From IMG/VR virus record IMGVR_UViG_3300037991_005512, positions 1-38,629 of that record: a stretch of 38,629 nucleotides of DNA. One strand, 5' to 3'. The position numbers and the translations under genes were made by a program. Position 1 is the first letter of the stretch. Every line of letters begins with the position of its first letter. The stretch comes from a virus (Duplodnaviria > Caudoviricetes). A model generated the notes under the pieces. It did not search any database and was not told the DNA's origin. It worked only from the letters and a program-made list of their open reading frames with translations. Positions 1 to 9,041 of this stretch are shown in pieces.

Positions 1-286
1 TAGTCCATATCATGTCACTTTCTAACTTGATAGTGTGCGTGAATGGTGACACGGCAAATGCTTTATATTCATTGGCCCATTTCAATCCGTGTTCGGCACT
101 TTCGTCTTCTCTTAGGACTTTGACAATGTCAACTGCTTCATTTTCAAACTTGCTGGCTTCGTCCGTAATCACACAGACTTTATTGTCTTTGTTCCATTTT
201 TTGATGCTTTTGGCTAGCCTTATGCTCAACTCAACATAATCAGTTTTGTCGTTGTTTTGAGCGAACCATAAAAAACCCTTAGACAT
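1..286 (-). CDS. Glycosyltransferase-like protein (nucleotide-diphospho-sugar transferase fold), 3' end truncated by the window edge; paralog of the 279..1028 gene
   Basis: Not in the ORF track. Manual translation from the ATG at 286 gives MSKGFLWFAQNNDKTDYVELSIRLAKSIKKWNKDNKVCVITD...AFAVSPFTHTIKLESDMIWT, open to the edge. It parallels the neighbour (KGVLLFCFD..Y; ITVVTD; LSPYDVTLVMDID). The start overlaps the neighbour's stop. Confidence 0.75.
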   Translation of the reverse strand, partial: MSKGFLWFAQNNDKTDYVELSIRLAKSIKKWNKDNKVCVITDEASKFENEAVDIVKVLREDESAEHGLKWANEYKAFAVSPFTHTIKLESDMIWT

Positions 287-1028
287 TGGCAACCTCCTTG
301 TTCAAAACATGCACATCTTGATCCTGCACATAATTGATTTGATCGCCTTGTTGCCATGCCAACCCTGTGTCACCTATTTTTATAACCTTGCAGTCTTGAG
401 GCAGGGTGGCCAATCTAATAGGCAGTGTGTCATATCCCATAAATCCGTTTGCCTGTTCGAGGGCTATGGCAAAAGCATAATCATTACGGAATTGCCTGTC
501 GTATATCCTATAAAGATCAAGGAAGTAACTGTAAAAATTTTTTACGTATTTTAGTGTATCGAATATCCTCTTGGCCTTCGCTCCTTTGCGGAACACAAAA
601 ACTGTTGCCCACACCATGTCAATCATGCTCCAACGTCTAAGATCAAAAGTGTCCCGTCCTGTCAAATCAAATGCATTTTTTGATATAAGGAAATCGTGCT
701 CTACCTCCAATAACTGACGTAAGTTATCTGTGAACGGGAAATAGTCTATGTCCATCACAAGAGTAACATCATAAGGAGAAAGTTCATAGGCCATGTGCCT
801 ATCAACATTGTTCCATGCTTTTCCTGATTTAGTGTTGCCCAGTTCTGGCTCTATTAATTTGTAATTTACAAATCCCAAAGGTTTGATTTTTTTGAACGTG
901 CTTAAATCAGTTACGACAGTGATTTCAAGTTTTAGATTTTTTTTGATTAGGTGAACGCAACGCTCCAGTATCTTGTGGTACTGAACGTCAGACGTGTCAA
1001 AACAAAATAGTAATACGCCCTTTTTCAT
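279..1028 (-). CDS. GT-A fold glycosyltransferase-like protein (249 aa)
   Basis: N-terminal Rossmann-like strand (KGVLLFCF), ITVVTD, DxD motif after a hydrophobic strand (TLVMDIDY), RNDYAFAIA helix and C-terminal DVHVLNK. Confidence 0.7.
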   Translation of the reverse strand: MKKGVLLFCFDTSDVQYHKILERCVHLIKKNLKLEITVVTDLSTFKKIKPLGFVNYKLIEPELGNTKSGKAWNNVDRHMAYELSPYDVTLVMDIDYFPFTDNLRQLLEVEHDFLISKNAFDLTGRDTFDLRRWSMIDMVWATVFVFRKGAKAKRIFDTLKYVKNFYSYFLDLYRIYDRQFRNDYAFAIALEQANGFMGYDTLPIRLATLPQDCKVIKIGDTGLAWQQGDQINYVQDQDVHVLNKEVANV

Positions 1029-1345
1029 TAGTCACCCCTTTTTGCAAAAGTCTTTGACATCGCATGATACGAACTAATGGCTTCCTGATTTCTCGAGATT
1101 AATATTTGTAAAAATTCTTTAGGTTTGTCGATCTCCACAGCGTTATCATTTGTGTCCAATACAAAAAAACGTTCGTGCTTTTCAGAAAGTGTCTTGGCCA
1201 GACATATAGTCTCGGCGTCGGCACGGAAAATGTGCTCCTTGTACACAACCACCAAACGTGAGTGTGCCTTCTCAAGTGCGTTACGCTTTGCTACCGCTAT
1301 GTCGTAAGATAGATCAGATTGTTTTTTAAGTTCGCGAATGTCCAT
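1028..1345 (-). CDS. Hypothetical phage protein (105 aa), possibly a tail assembly chaperone
   Basis: The ORF track starts at TTG 1360, which lies inside the predicted promoter. The ATG at 1345 (MDIRELKK) is more plausible. Helical, charged protein next to tail genes; its stop overlaps the next start. Confidence 0.6.
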   Translation of the reverse strand: MDIRELKKQSDLSYDIAVAKRNALEKAHSRLVVVYKEHIFRADAETICLAKTLSEKHERFFVLDTNDNAVEIDKPKEFLQILISRNQEAISSYHAMSKTFAKRGD

Positions 1346-1351
1346 ACCACA

Positions 1352-1380
1352 ATTATACAATAATTATGGTGTGAATTCAA
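1352..1380 (-). promoter_or_regulatory. Sigma70-type promoter TTGAAT-N17-TATAAT; probably a leaderless transcript starting at the ATG at 1345
   Basis: Minus strand reads TTGAAT TCACACCATAATTATTG TATAAT TGTGGT ATG, with a 17-nt spacer and the ATG 6 nt after the -10 box. It lies in one of the few intergenic gaps. Confidence 0.7.
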
Positions 1381-1393
1381 CCTGGTAAAATTA

Positions 1394-2344
1394 TTATGAC
1401 TGTGAGTTAGAAACCTGTGCGTTCGAAGCCGCTCTGATGTCTGCCGCCAAACCTTGAGTGTCATTTGGGTAGGCTTCAGTAAGCGTCAATACCATGGCTG
1501 GAGCCTCGTTCGGGTTGGCCGGTACACCTGACGTGTTTGGTGAGGTGTATGTTGTGTCGCCCGCTGGGTCCGATGCCACTGACTTGATTGTTATTACAGT
1601 TGCAGATCCCACTGCCGCGTCCAGTTTGGCAGATATCTCAAGTGTGTTTGATGTGTAACCTGAGTTGTCTGAAGTAAGTTTAAGCAAACTTGTGTAACCT
1701 GTTCCTAGGTCATGGAAACCGTTTGACAGACCGTTTGTTGTCAACGTTTCACCTGAACCACCCCTTGATGTTGAGTGTGCTTTAATGTCTAAGTTACCAA
1801 TCGCACTTCCAAGTTGTGAGAACACAGTGTCTTTGTCACCATCTGTTGATCCTGAAGTTGATGCCACAGCTCTGATGTAGCCACCTGCGTTGAAGAATGC
1901 TCTCATTGTGGCATTGTCCGCAAATGTCACTGATCTTTCAATTGTAGAAGTAGAGTTCCATGTACCAGAGTTCGTACTTGCTCCGGCCGCCGCAGTTGAA
2001 ATCGCAGTGGCTGATGTTGAACCACCTGCTACCGCCGCCGCCAAGTTGGCTAGATCTGTCGCGATTGCCGATCTTATAGTGATAGTGTCGCCTGATGTTA
2101 CTGATGTTGATGTAATAGAAACATTAGTGTGGTTAGCGATGTTGTCAAGTCCTGTGAATAAAGTGTTCCATTGTGATGCAGTGATCTTGTCACCGTCTTT
2201 GATTTGCGGTATGTGTGTCTGATTAAGACCGTATTCGCCTGATCCTACTCCTGCGAAATGGTTATAACCGTATGGTGAACTTGAACTGTTAGTGAATTCA
2301 ATATATTGATCGTCTAAAATTTTATCTCCTGCCGCGTATGCCAT
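1394..2344 (-). CDS. Virion structural / tail-associated protein (316 aa, Ser/Thr/Gly/Ala-rich)
   Basis: MAYAAGDKI N-terminus, ITASQWNTL, MRAFFNAGGYIR segment and beta-rich S/T composition; lies directly downstream of the tail-fibre gene. Confidence 0.65.
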   Translation of the reverse strand: MAYAAGDKILDDQYIEFTNSSSSPYGYNHFAGVGSGEYGLNQTHIPQIKDGDKITASQWNTLFTGLDNIANHTNVSITSTSVTSGDTITIRSAIATDLANLAAAVAGGSTSATAISTAAAGASTNSGTWNSTSTIERSVTFADNATMRAFFNAGGYIRAVASTSGSTDGDKDTVFSQLGSAIGNLDIKAHSTSRGGSGETLTTNGLSNGFHDLGTGYTSLLKLTSDNSGYTSNTLEISAKLDAAVGSATVITIKSVASDPAGDTTYTSPNTSGVPANPNEAPAMVLTLTEAYPNDTQGLAADIRAASNAQVSNSQS

Positions 2345-2348
2345 ATTC

Positions 2349-3971
2349 CTATTTAACTCCTATTACGCACTCTGTCAGTGCTGTTTCTACGTTATATTTA
2401 TGCTTAATTAGTCTACCCAAAGTATTAAAAGCGGTACACTCATCTATTGCCGCAACTCGTGCCTCACCGTTCCCAGCACTTACAACTCGGTCTCCTGCCC
2501 TACCTTCACCTTTAAGTTTGACGAGGACACGTCCTTTTAGTGCTACCATAGGATGTGACTCGTTGTTGCCAGCACTGGCATTCATTAAAAACGCAGGTGA
2601 TTCGGAAATCACACCAAAAACTGCATCTGACAACTCTTCGTTACACTTGGTTATTTCTGCTTCTCCACCCAGCATAACCACATCTCCCACTTCCGTGTCA
2701 CAGTCTGCCTCATATCTTTCTGCCAAGTCAGCGTACTGTGCCGATGTTGATGTTGCGTGTACTATGTTTGCCCTGATGTCCACCAACGTTGGTGCCTCTA
2801 ATTCTGTGTCTCCGTCTGCACCTCTGAAGGCCGTCCAGGCACCGCCCGCGTTTCCAAAAATCGTTGACCCGTCATCTGCAAAAGTTTCGTCCCACACCCA
2901 ATATAGATTCTGTTCAGTTGCAGAAGATGTCTCTCCTCTGTTTACTTTAAGACCTGTGTAATTTGGCATGCCAGAATTAGATGATATGTTTCTGTTAAGT
3001 TCAATTATGTTGTCCTCAACAGTCAAAGTAGATGTGTTGCTTGTCAAAGTGTCACCATCTATCGTTAGGTTACCGTGTATTCTCACGTCACCTGTGTCAC
3101 CGTGCATTGTTAGTGTTGTTTTAGTTACACCACCATCATTGACTGTGAACGCAATATCTCCATCTGATGTCACGTTTGCTATCGTAAAATTGTCACCTGA
3201 CATTGACATTGTGATGTCACTGCCGGAGCCTAGTATTATACCGTTGTCATTTAGAATTGAAAGACGTCCAGATGTTGAGTCATCCGCATCTGATTTTAAG
3301 AAACTAGATGCCGCGGCACCACCTAATGCATCAGAGTCTGTTGCAGTGCCCCTGAACTTGGCACTTGATACAGTGCTTGAAAGTTGTATTCCTTGTGCCA
3401 CTGAACTGAAACCTGCGGCTGTCAAAGCCACTGCATTTGTTTCCGTAGTGCTAGGTGTGAAGGCAAGATTTGATATGATGCCCACCACAGTGTCCTGCGT
3501 CACTAATTTCAATATTGATCTGTTTACACCTGTGTTGTCCTGCACAGTTTCCGTAACTACCTGGGTCACACCTGAACCTGCTATAGATGTTGGTCCAATC
3601 AGCGACCATGTTGAACCAGTGTAAACATACAACTGGGTGTTTGCTGTGTCAAACCATAAGTCACCTTGTACCGCATTTGTCGGAGAGGTGCTAGAGTTTG
3701 TTGTTGATCCAACCGGTTTCCACTTGGATCCTGTGTATACGTTTACCTGTTTGTTGGTCTGATCAAACCATAACTGTCCCTGTATCTTGTTTACTGGTGA
3801 TGATGTGTTGTTGAAATTCTCTAATAACTTGACGAAGTTCTCATTCAACTTTTCTCCAAACCCTGCATAGCCCTTACCAAATAATGTTAGGTCAGTAGCC
3901 GCCGTGTCGATAGTGCCGTCTGGCAGAGTTACTAGTAAAGTTCCGAATGTGTTGTTAATTTTATACGCCAT
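2349..3971 (-). CDS. Tail fibre / baseplate-attached fibre protein (540 aa) with a C-terminal intramolecular-chaperone-like domain
   Basis: N-terminus TDLTLFGKGYAGFGE..NENFVKLLENF, two GQLWFD/GDLWFD repeats and a beta-rich shaft. The C-terminal AQYADLAERY...GDVV...VFGVIS..PAFLMN...VALKGRV resembles Peptidase_G2-type (phi29/GA-1 gp12) autocleaving chaperones. Paralog of 14261..15478. Confidence 0.75.
   Translation of the reverse strand: MAYKINNTFGTLLVTLPDGTIDTAATDLTLFGKGYAGFGEKLNENFVKLLENFNNTSSPVNKIQGQLWFDQTNKQVNVYTGSKWKPVGSTTNSSTSPTNAVQGDLWFDTANTQLYVYTGSTWSLIGPTSIAGSGVTQVVTETVQDNTGVNRSILKLVTQDTVVGIISNLAFTPSTTETNAVALTAAGFSSVAQGIQLSSTVSSAKFRGTATDSDALGGAAASSFLKSDADDSTSGRLSILNDNGIILGSGSDITMSMSGDNFTIANVTSDGDIAFTVNDGGVTKTTLTMHGDTGDVRIHGNLTIDGDTLTSNTSTLTVEDNIIELNRNISSNSGMPNYTGLKVNRGETSSATEQNLYWVWDETFADDGSTIFGNAGGAWTAFRGADGDTELEAPTLVDIRANIVHATSTSAQYADLAERYEADCDTEVGDVVMLGGEAEITKCNEELSDAVFGVISESPAFLMNASAGNNESHPMVALKGRVLVKLKGEGRAGDRVVSAGNGEARVAAIDECTAFNTLGRLIKHKYNVETALTECVIGVK
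2350..2357 (-). promoter_or_regulatory. Possible T4-like late promoter core (GTTAAATA)
   Basis: Minus strand GTTAAATAGGAATATG places TAAATA 5 nt before the ATG at 2344. It overlaps the last codons of the upstream gene, so it could be coincidental. Confidence 0.35.
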
Positions 3972-3978
3972 GTACGGA

Positions 3979-3986
3979 TATTTATG
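3979..3986 (-). promoter_or_regulatory. T4-like late promoter core (CATAAATA)
   Basis: Minus strand GCATAAATATCCGTACATG places the box 7 nt before the tail-fibre ATG, where the enzyme island ends and structural genes resume. It overlaps the upstream stop codon. Confidence 0.5.
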
Positions 3987-4866
3987 CTTTAATTAAAGGC
4001 TTTGTATACCGGCTAAACGGAGTGTAATATCCCTCTAATCTGTTGTTATATGTTGCGTCCTTTTTCATGAGGTGTAAAGTAAGTCCGATCTTGTGATCTG
4101 CCCCTTGTGCCTTGAAATCTGTGGGTGCGTGTAACACACTAGCGTCATGGATTATTGCATCTTTTGGTTTCCATTTGAATATTTTCTCTATGGAAAGACC
4201 TTCGTATATTGACATCGGAATATGTGCTGGCATGATCTTCTCCAGTATAGACATGTCCTTTTGATTGTGATCTAAATTTTCAACACCATACCCCTGATAC
4301 GACTGATGTCTGATCACGTTTGCGTAATTGGCAAAACTTCCAATGTCTCTGCCCTTCATGAAATGTGTGGCCCTGCCCCTGTACCTTTGATTGAAAGTCA
4401 CGTAATGTGTCTCATCTATTTTGTCTAGCTCTATGGGTATAATAATGTCCTTGTATGGCCTGTAACCATTTAGATGCGTGACGGAATCCGTGTGCAATCC
4501 ATAAGGTCTCACAGACTTGAAAAACTGATCGCCAACGCTCATGGGATCTTCCGTTGCTACGTCACTGTAAAATATGACGTCATCACCAAAATGTTCGTAA
4601 ATTTTTGGTCTCACGATATCGTTGATATCTTTAATTGCCATGGGATAGGTTATGTGTAGCACATGATCATTGATGTTGAGTCCTATCCTGTCAAAGTTTT
4701 TGTTGAAGAATGTTGCCAACGCATCGCACTCGTCATCATTAATGAAATCTTTTACGACATAACTTTCATCGTTTTGATCAACAAACAGCGACGTGTTTGG
4801 ATCATGTATCACATCCATTTGTTTTAGTTCTTCCTGACTGAACGGTCTATCTGTTTTGTATTTCAT
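3982..4866 (-). CDS. Fe(II)/2-oxoglutarate-dependent oxygenase (294 aa)
   Basis: YVVKDFINDDECDAL N-terminal motif typical of 2OG oxygenases, HxD (YGLHTDS), distal His (DASVLHAP) and basic residue (HKIGLT). Confidence 0.7.
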   Translation of the reverse strand: MKYKTDRPFSQEELKQMDVIHDPNTSLFVDQNDESYVVKDFINDDECDALATFFNKNFDRIGLNINDHVLHITYPMAIKDINDIVRPKIYEHFGDDVIFYSDVATEDPMSVGDQFFKSVRPYGLHTDSVTHLNGYRPYKDIIIPIELDKIDETHYVTFNQRYRGRATHFMKGRDIGSFANYANVIRHQSYQGYGVENLDHNQKDMSILEKIMPAHIPMSIYEGLSIEKIFKWKPKDAIIHDASVLHAPTDFKAQGADHKIGLTLHLMKKDATYNNRLEGYYTPFSRYTKPLIKA

Positions 4867-5329
4867 TCGGTATTCTCTTTACAATTTCTTCCCACGGATG
4901 TCGTATGCAAAATTTAAGCATCAGTCGATCATAGTTGACTGGCTCAACCCAGTGTTTTAATTTGCCGTTCTCTAGGAGCACACATTCATATGGTACTTGA
5001 TGGCCTTCAACTACCATCACTGGTCGCTTGTCGAACAAGTTTATTTGTATGCTTGTCATGTCATCCTCGTCAACGTGGGGTGGCACGTTGTTGTTCGCAA
5101 ACAGGTAAGCGAATCTCGGGTATGTGTTCATGCCCCAAATGCCTAGATCCTGTTCCACTTCCTTTGTCAAATGTCTAATATCTGAATTATCTTTTAGATA
5201 GACTTTCCACCATGACAGTTTGGGTTCAAACTTTTTCCATTGATACCATTCACCTTGTTGGTGTATGTCGTAGAAAATTTTCCTGTATTTCTCCTTATCT
5301 ATTTTGTAATCAAGATGGATCAAATTCAT
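4847..5329 (-). CDS. Small Fe(II)/2OG oxygenase, aspartyl/asparaginyl beta-hydroxylase-like (160 aa)
   Basis: RFAYL...VPPHVDED (HxD), SIQINL, LKHWV (distal His) and DRLMLKF (2OG-binding Arg). Confidence 0.7.
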   Translation of the reverse strand: MNLIHLDYKIDKEKYRKIFYDIHQQGEWYQWKKFEPKLSWWKVYLKDNSDIRHLTKEVEQDLGIWGMNTYPRFAYLFANNNVPPHVDEDDMTSIQINLFDKRPVMVVEGHQVPYECVLLENGKLKHWVEPVNYDRLMLKFCIRHPWEEIVKRIPNEIQNR

Positions 5330-5774
5330 ATTTGTCTATTTCTTTGAAAAACTTTATGCAATCTTCTATATCATCTTCGAATGATATGTTTAGATTGATA
5401 CGTTTTTTATTGTTGTTGAATACCGCATGTTTGGCCTGTGTGTTTAAAAACATAGGTGCGGTCGTCTCTCCTGGCTGAAATTTGCAAGGTGCATATTCAT
5501 CTGTTAGTGGATATATCAATGCAGTGTTACGTTTGCCACCGTCTGTGTGCCAATCCTGGACAGCATTAGGACGTATCATTACAAGGTAACAGTTCCTGCC
5601 ATGGAATGTTTTTTTGAGATCATAAAAGTTTAATACACTGGGCTTTCCTGTTTTTGTGGAATGGTGCACAGTCCAATCTTCGTCTTTGAGATTCATGCCT
5701 ATATCTAACAATTCTTTTTTAGTTTTTTCTGACAAAAACTCAGGTAGTTCGTAATGTGTTATATTGCTAGGCAT
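5310..5774 (-). CDS. Small Fe(II)/2OG oxygenase, AspH-like (154 aa)
   Basis: IRPNAVQDWHTDG (HxD), TALIYPL and LNTQAKHAVFN...KRINLNI (His plus Arg). Confidence 0.7.
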   Translation of the reverse strand: MPSNITHYELPEFLSEKTKKELLDIGMNLKDEDWTVHHSTKTGKPSVLNFYDLKKTFHGRNCYLVMIRPNAVQDWHTDGGKRNTALIYPLTDEYAPCKFQPGETTAPMFLNTQAKHAVFNNNKKRINLNISFEDDIEDCIKFFKEIDKYEFDPS

Positions 5775-6370
5775 CTTTGCATTCCTCTTATGTCATTTTG
5801 TGGGAAACTTGTTTCATGTAAAGTTCCGCCTAACCTTTTTTGTAAAAATTCATCATCATAGAAAGTCCATAACCATTTATCAGTCTTTACATAAAATACG
5901 TCATGGTTTTCAATTTGTTCCCACATAGTAGGTTCTAAATTTCTGAAATCGCATATTCTTTCGTATGCAAATTTATCTTTGTTTGAGTAGTATGATAGAT
6001 ATACTTCTGCACAGTTCTTTTTCAGTTGCTTGACTATTTCTATTGTTTCTTCTAATTCAGTGTGTGTAAACACAGAAAAAGCAACACAGACGTCATACTG
6101 ATTTTTTAGTTCTAATTTCTGTTTGCCATTTGGATTGTACATGTAATTGTATCCGTCGTAATGTTCAAATTTATACTGTGGCAGGTCAAACTTGTTTTTA
6201 TTGATTACATCAAGTTTTATATCCATACCTGTGTAATTCCCGTGCGGTTTGAATTTTACAAAGTTTGCTTTGTTACATCCAAAGTCCAAAACAGTCTTTC
6301 CTTCGAACTGTGTGTATTGTTCAAAGTACGCCCTTACATCATACTTAAGATAAGTTTTCAAACCCGACAT
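5759..6370 (-). CDS. Class I SAM-dependent methyltransferase (203 aa)
   Basis: Motif I KTVLDFGCN, YTGMDI acidic residue and YDVCVAFSVFTHT. GGAG Shine-Dalgarno 6 nt upstream of the ATG. Confidence 0.8.
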   Translation of the reverse strand: MSGLKTYLKYDVRAYFEQYTQFEGKTVLDFGCNKANFVKFKPHGNYTGMDIKLDVINKNKFDLPQYKFEHYDGYNYMYNPNGKQKLELKNQYDVCVAFSVFTHTELEETIEIVKQLKKNCAEVYLSYYSNKDKFAYERICDFRNLEPTMWEQIENHDVFYVKTDKWLWTFYDDEFLQKRLGGTLHETSFPQNDIRGMQRCLAI

Positions 6371-6866
6371 CGTGGACTCCCATGTGAAATACTATTCTTT
6401 CTTTTGACGGCGATCGTACCCCGTGCGGTTTCTTTGTATTCAGCACCACCATCGAGTCGTAAAGTATGCTGGCATTGTTTGTGCCATCATCGAAATAAAG
6501 TTCTCCAGTGTTTTCAGTTATAGGTATCACGAAAGAACATTTACTTTTGTTGTCAACGTGTATTGGCAGTTCTCCACCTTCGAGAACTCTAAAAAAATTA
6601 CACCTGAATTCCCTAGGTCTTATACCAAAAACGTTCCACAAATTTTTAATCAATCGTAAAAGTTTACGATCATAATTGTGTATCTCCTGCACGTAAAATT
6701 TGTTCATCGCTTTACCGCCAGTTGCGTCATTTACATATTCAGAATACAACTGATTACTGTCCTCCCACTTGCCGTTGAAATACGTGTCCCAGAAATCTAT
6801 AGGAACCTTGTAATCGGTCTCGATAAAGAACTTACCGTGCCACTTCTTTTGTATATGCCTTGTCAT
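6345..6866 (-). CDS. Fe(II)/2OG oxygenase, AspH-like (about 173 aa; alternative start 6878)
   Basis: FFRVLEGGELPIHVD (HxD), SFVIPI and VLNTKKPHGV...ERIVFH (His plus Arg). Confidence 0.72.
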   Translation of the reverse strand: MTRHIQKKWHGKFFIETDYKVPIDFWDTYFNGKWEDSNQLYSEYVNDATGGKAMNKFYVQEIHNYDRKLLRLIKNLWNVFGIRPREFRCNFFRVLEGGELPIHVDNKSKCSFVIPITENTGELYFDDGTNNASILYDSMVVLNTKKPHGVRSPSKERIVFHMGVHDVGFENLS

Positions 6867-7677
6867 AATCAAATGCAATCCTGTGCAGTAACCTATTTTC
6901 CATTCCTGCGAACTGCCATCTTTTGTGTATGCTTAACCATTGCTCAGATATAACCAAATCCTTGTCCTGCCAGTCATGATGATATATGTACTTCTCCTGT
7001 GTGCAATGGCTCTTCAAAAATCTATGCAGTTCTTTCCACTGTTCTTTTGTTGCTCCTTCCACTATATCATACACTTGTTGGAAAGGAAAGTAAAGACCCT
7101 TTTTACCTTCTTTGTTGGTATGCACGAGATTTATTGGATTTTCGTAGTTAATCTTTTCTTTTGCAACAGCCATATCGCTAAAAGAGCCAACTTTATACCC
7201 TGATGCGTATTTTATGCCCTCTAATTCCTTTTGCATACTTTCTGGTAAATCCTTAAAGGCCATCTCTTGGTTGATCCAACTTGTACGTGATCCTCGGCTA
7301 CCTTTGACTGCGTACAACCACACGAAAGGATATCTCTTAACCGCGTTGGCATGATGCGTGTGCCAATCAAGTTCCTCATCATGACCAAATAAACCTTTTT
7401 CGCCTTTTGCGTTTAGCTCGCCGGTGACTCTAATTACACCTGGCTCTATCATTATACGTTCCCTTTCGGCATCATCTCTGCCGTGATTTAATTTCACTGC
7501 ACCAATGCTAGATGCCACTCTCATCTGATCCTCTATCGTTAGATCTTGATTCCTGAATACGACAACATAATGTTTGTTGCACAGCCTGGCAACTTCATGT
7601 AGTTGAACTTTATCGAGATCACCTATGTTTTCATGGATTGTTAAAGTCCAGCCGTTACTGTCTATTGATGATTTCAT
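6832..7677 (-). CDS. TauD/TfdA-family dioxygenase-like protein (281 aa) with a non-canonical metal motif
   Basis: HYVVVFRNQDL, LDWHTHH (HxD position), WLYAV..GSRTSW, HPxV-like NPINLVH..GKKGLY, YHHDWQDKDLVISEQWLSIHKR and RLLHRI all align with the TauD architecture. Confidence 0.8.
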   Translation of the reverse strand: MKSSIDSNGWTLTIHENIGDLDKVQLHEVARLCNKHYVVVFRNQDLTIEDQMRVASSIGAVKLNHGRDDAERERIMIEPGVIRVTGELNAKGEKGLFGHDEELDWHTHHANAVKRYPFVWLYAVKGSRGSRTSWINQEMAFKDLPESMQKELEGIKYASGYKVGSFSDMAVAKEKINYENPINLVHTNKEGKKGLYFPFQQVYDIVEGATKEQWKELHRFLKSHCTQEKYIYHHDWQDKDLVISEQWLSIHKRWQFAGMENRLLHRIAFDYDKAYTKEVAR

Positions 7678-8479
7678 CTAGATCCTGTTGTCCTTGTAGC
7701 GATATGATAATGTGTGATCGAGTGGTTGTGCCCTTGTTCCAGGCAGAATGTCTCATTCCTTGGTTCAAGAACCAACAAGATCCAGGTTCCATTGTTTGAT
7801 AAATTTTCTCTCCAGATTTGTTGACACAATAGAATCCACATTTTTCATTTGTCGTGATTGGTATGTGGAAACGCACCGAGTAGTCAGTGTTGTAGTCTAT
7901 GTGTTCTGCCACGTAAGCACCTGGATCCATTATTGCTATCCTGGCCCTTGTGGTCTCTGCCTTGAACGATGTAATTACTTCTTCGAGATATGTTCCTTTT
8001 ACCCAATCCTTAATTTTATTGTAGTGTCTCTCATCTAATCTGCTTTTAGGAATTTTTTTGTCGTACACCCTTTTCTCTTCTTCAGCATTGTATTGCGTCA
8101 GTGCAATCTGTTTGTATGGCGAACCGTTGACTTCATACTTGCCATTGCCGTCCTTTTGGATGTAGTTCTCAAACGGCTTGACGTAGTTCCTGTAGTCCCA
8201 TGCCATCCTTTTGTTTCCAAGTCCTTTACGCAGTTCAGACTCATTTACATCATTGTCTTGTAGGAACTTGTATGCGTCCTCTATGCTGTCAAACTTTAAT
8301 CCAAATGCTTTTTGCAATTTTGGTGCTTTGCCTCCAACTTTTACCCCATAACCATATTTTGTTTTTAGGTCATCCTCAGCGACAGGCATGTCCTGTACGA
8401 CACTTATCATCTTGTCAACGTCAAACGTCTGATCAAGTTTTACGAAAGGCGGTAATTGGTATCTAGTCTTTAATTTCAT
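7655..8479 (-). CDS. Aspartyl/asparaginyl beta-hydroxylase-family Fe(II)/2OG oxygenase (about 274 aa)
   Basis: TRARIAIMDPGAYVAEHIDY (HxD), RFHIPITTN and GSCWFLN...HSAWNKG...RSHII. Start taken as the ATG at 8479 (MKLKTRY), which has AAAGGGA upstream. Confidence 0.8.
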   Translation of the reverse strand: MKLKTRYQLPPFVKLDQTFDVDKMISVVQDMPVAEDDLKTKYGYGVKVGGKAPKLQKAFGLKFDSIEDAYKFLQDNDVNESELRKGLGNKRMAWDYRNYVKPFENYIQKDGNGKYEVNGSPYKQIALTQYNAEEEKRVYDKKIPKSRLDERHYNKIKDWVKGTYLEEVITSFKAETTRARIAIMDPGAYVAEHIDYNTDYSVRFHIPITTNEKCGFYCVNKSGEKIYQTMEPGSCWFLNQGMRHSAWNKGTTTRSHIIISLQGQQDLDEIINRQ

Positions 8480-9041
8480 ACGTCCCTTTGTATTGCCAGC
8501 AAGAATCATGCTTTGGATCACACACTGCAACTTTGCCTTCTTCTATTCTCCACTCCGTGTTTGTTTTCTCTCCTAGTTCTTTAAAAAGTCTTTTCATAAA
8601 TCCTGGGTTACGACATCTACTGATGAATACTTTCTTGTATCCTGCTTTTTTGGCATACTCTAACTGGTGTTGCACGGTTGCAACCAAATGCGGTCTGGCT
8701 ATGATTCTGCCATTCATTCGTAACTTTGGATGTTCCCAGTACCTATTTAATATCCTCGCCTCCCCTGATTCATAATATTGAGGCCTGTGCCACACAGAAC
8801 TGAATCCCAATATCTCTCCTTCTTTTAACAACACAGTAATACAGTCAAAAGCAAACCAATCTATTGTCTCGTAATTAATGGCTATTTCATCTGAACCAAA
8901 ATCTATTTTTTTAAGTTGTTGCAATATGTCAGTTCTATCTTCAGGTGCGAATGTAAGTACGTCACACTCACTGTTTTTATTGATAAAATTTTTATCTCCA
9001 ACTGTAAACACTGTCCCAAAACTCCTTTTTCTTTTTTCCAT
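8463..9041 (-). CDS. GNAT-fold acyltransferase-like protein (192 aa)
   Basis: ITVLLKEGEILGFSSV, ARILNRYWEHPKLR (GNAT motif A-like) and QLEYAKKAGYKKVFIS (motif B-like). Confidence 0.55.
   Translation of the reverse strand: MEKRKRSFGTVFTVGDKNFINKNSECDVLTFAPEDRTDILQQLKKIDFGSDEIAINYETIDWFAFDCITVLLKEGEILGFSSVWHRPQYYESGEARILNRYWEHPKLRMNGRIIARPHLVATVQHQLEYAKKAGYKKVFISRCRNPGFMKRLFKELGEKTNTEWRIEEGKVAVCDPKHDSCWQYKGTYEIKD

Noticed and set aside
1028-1040. C-terminal RGD tripeptide in the 105-aa protein
   Set aside because: A single tripeptide is expected by chance and nothing supports integrin binding.
1890-3624. Plus-strand ORFs of 110, 207 and 218 aa, and similar ones at 14280-15122 and 30320-30736
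   Set aside because: They are codon-aligned mirrors of Thr/Gly/Asp-rich structural genes, with Val/Pro/Ser-rich translations. No independent evidence of coding.
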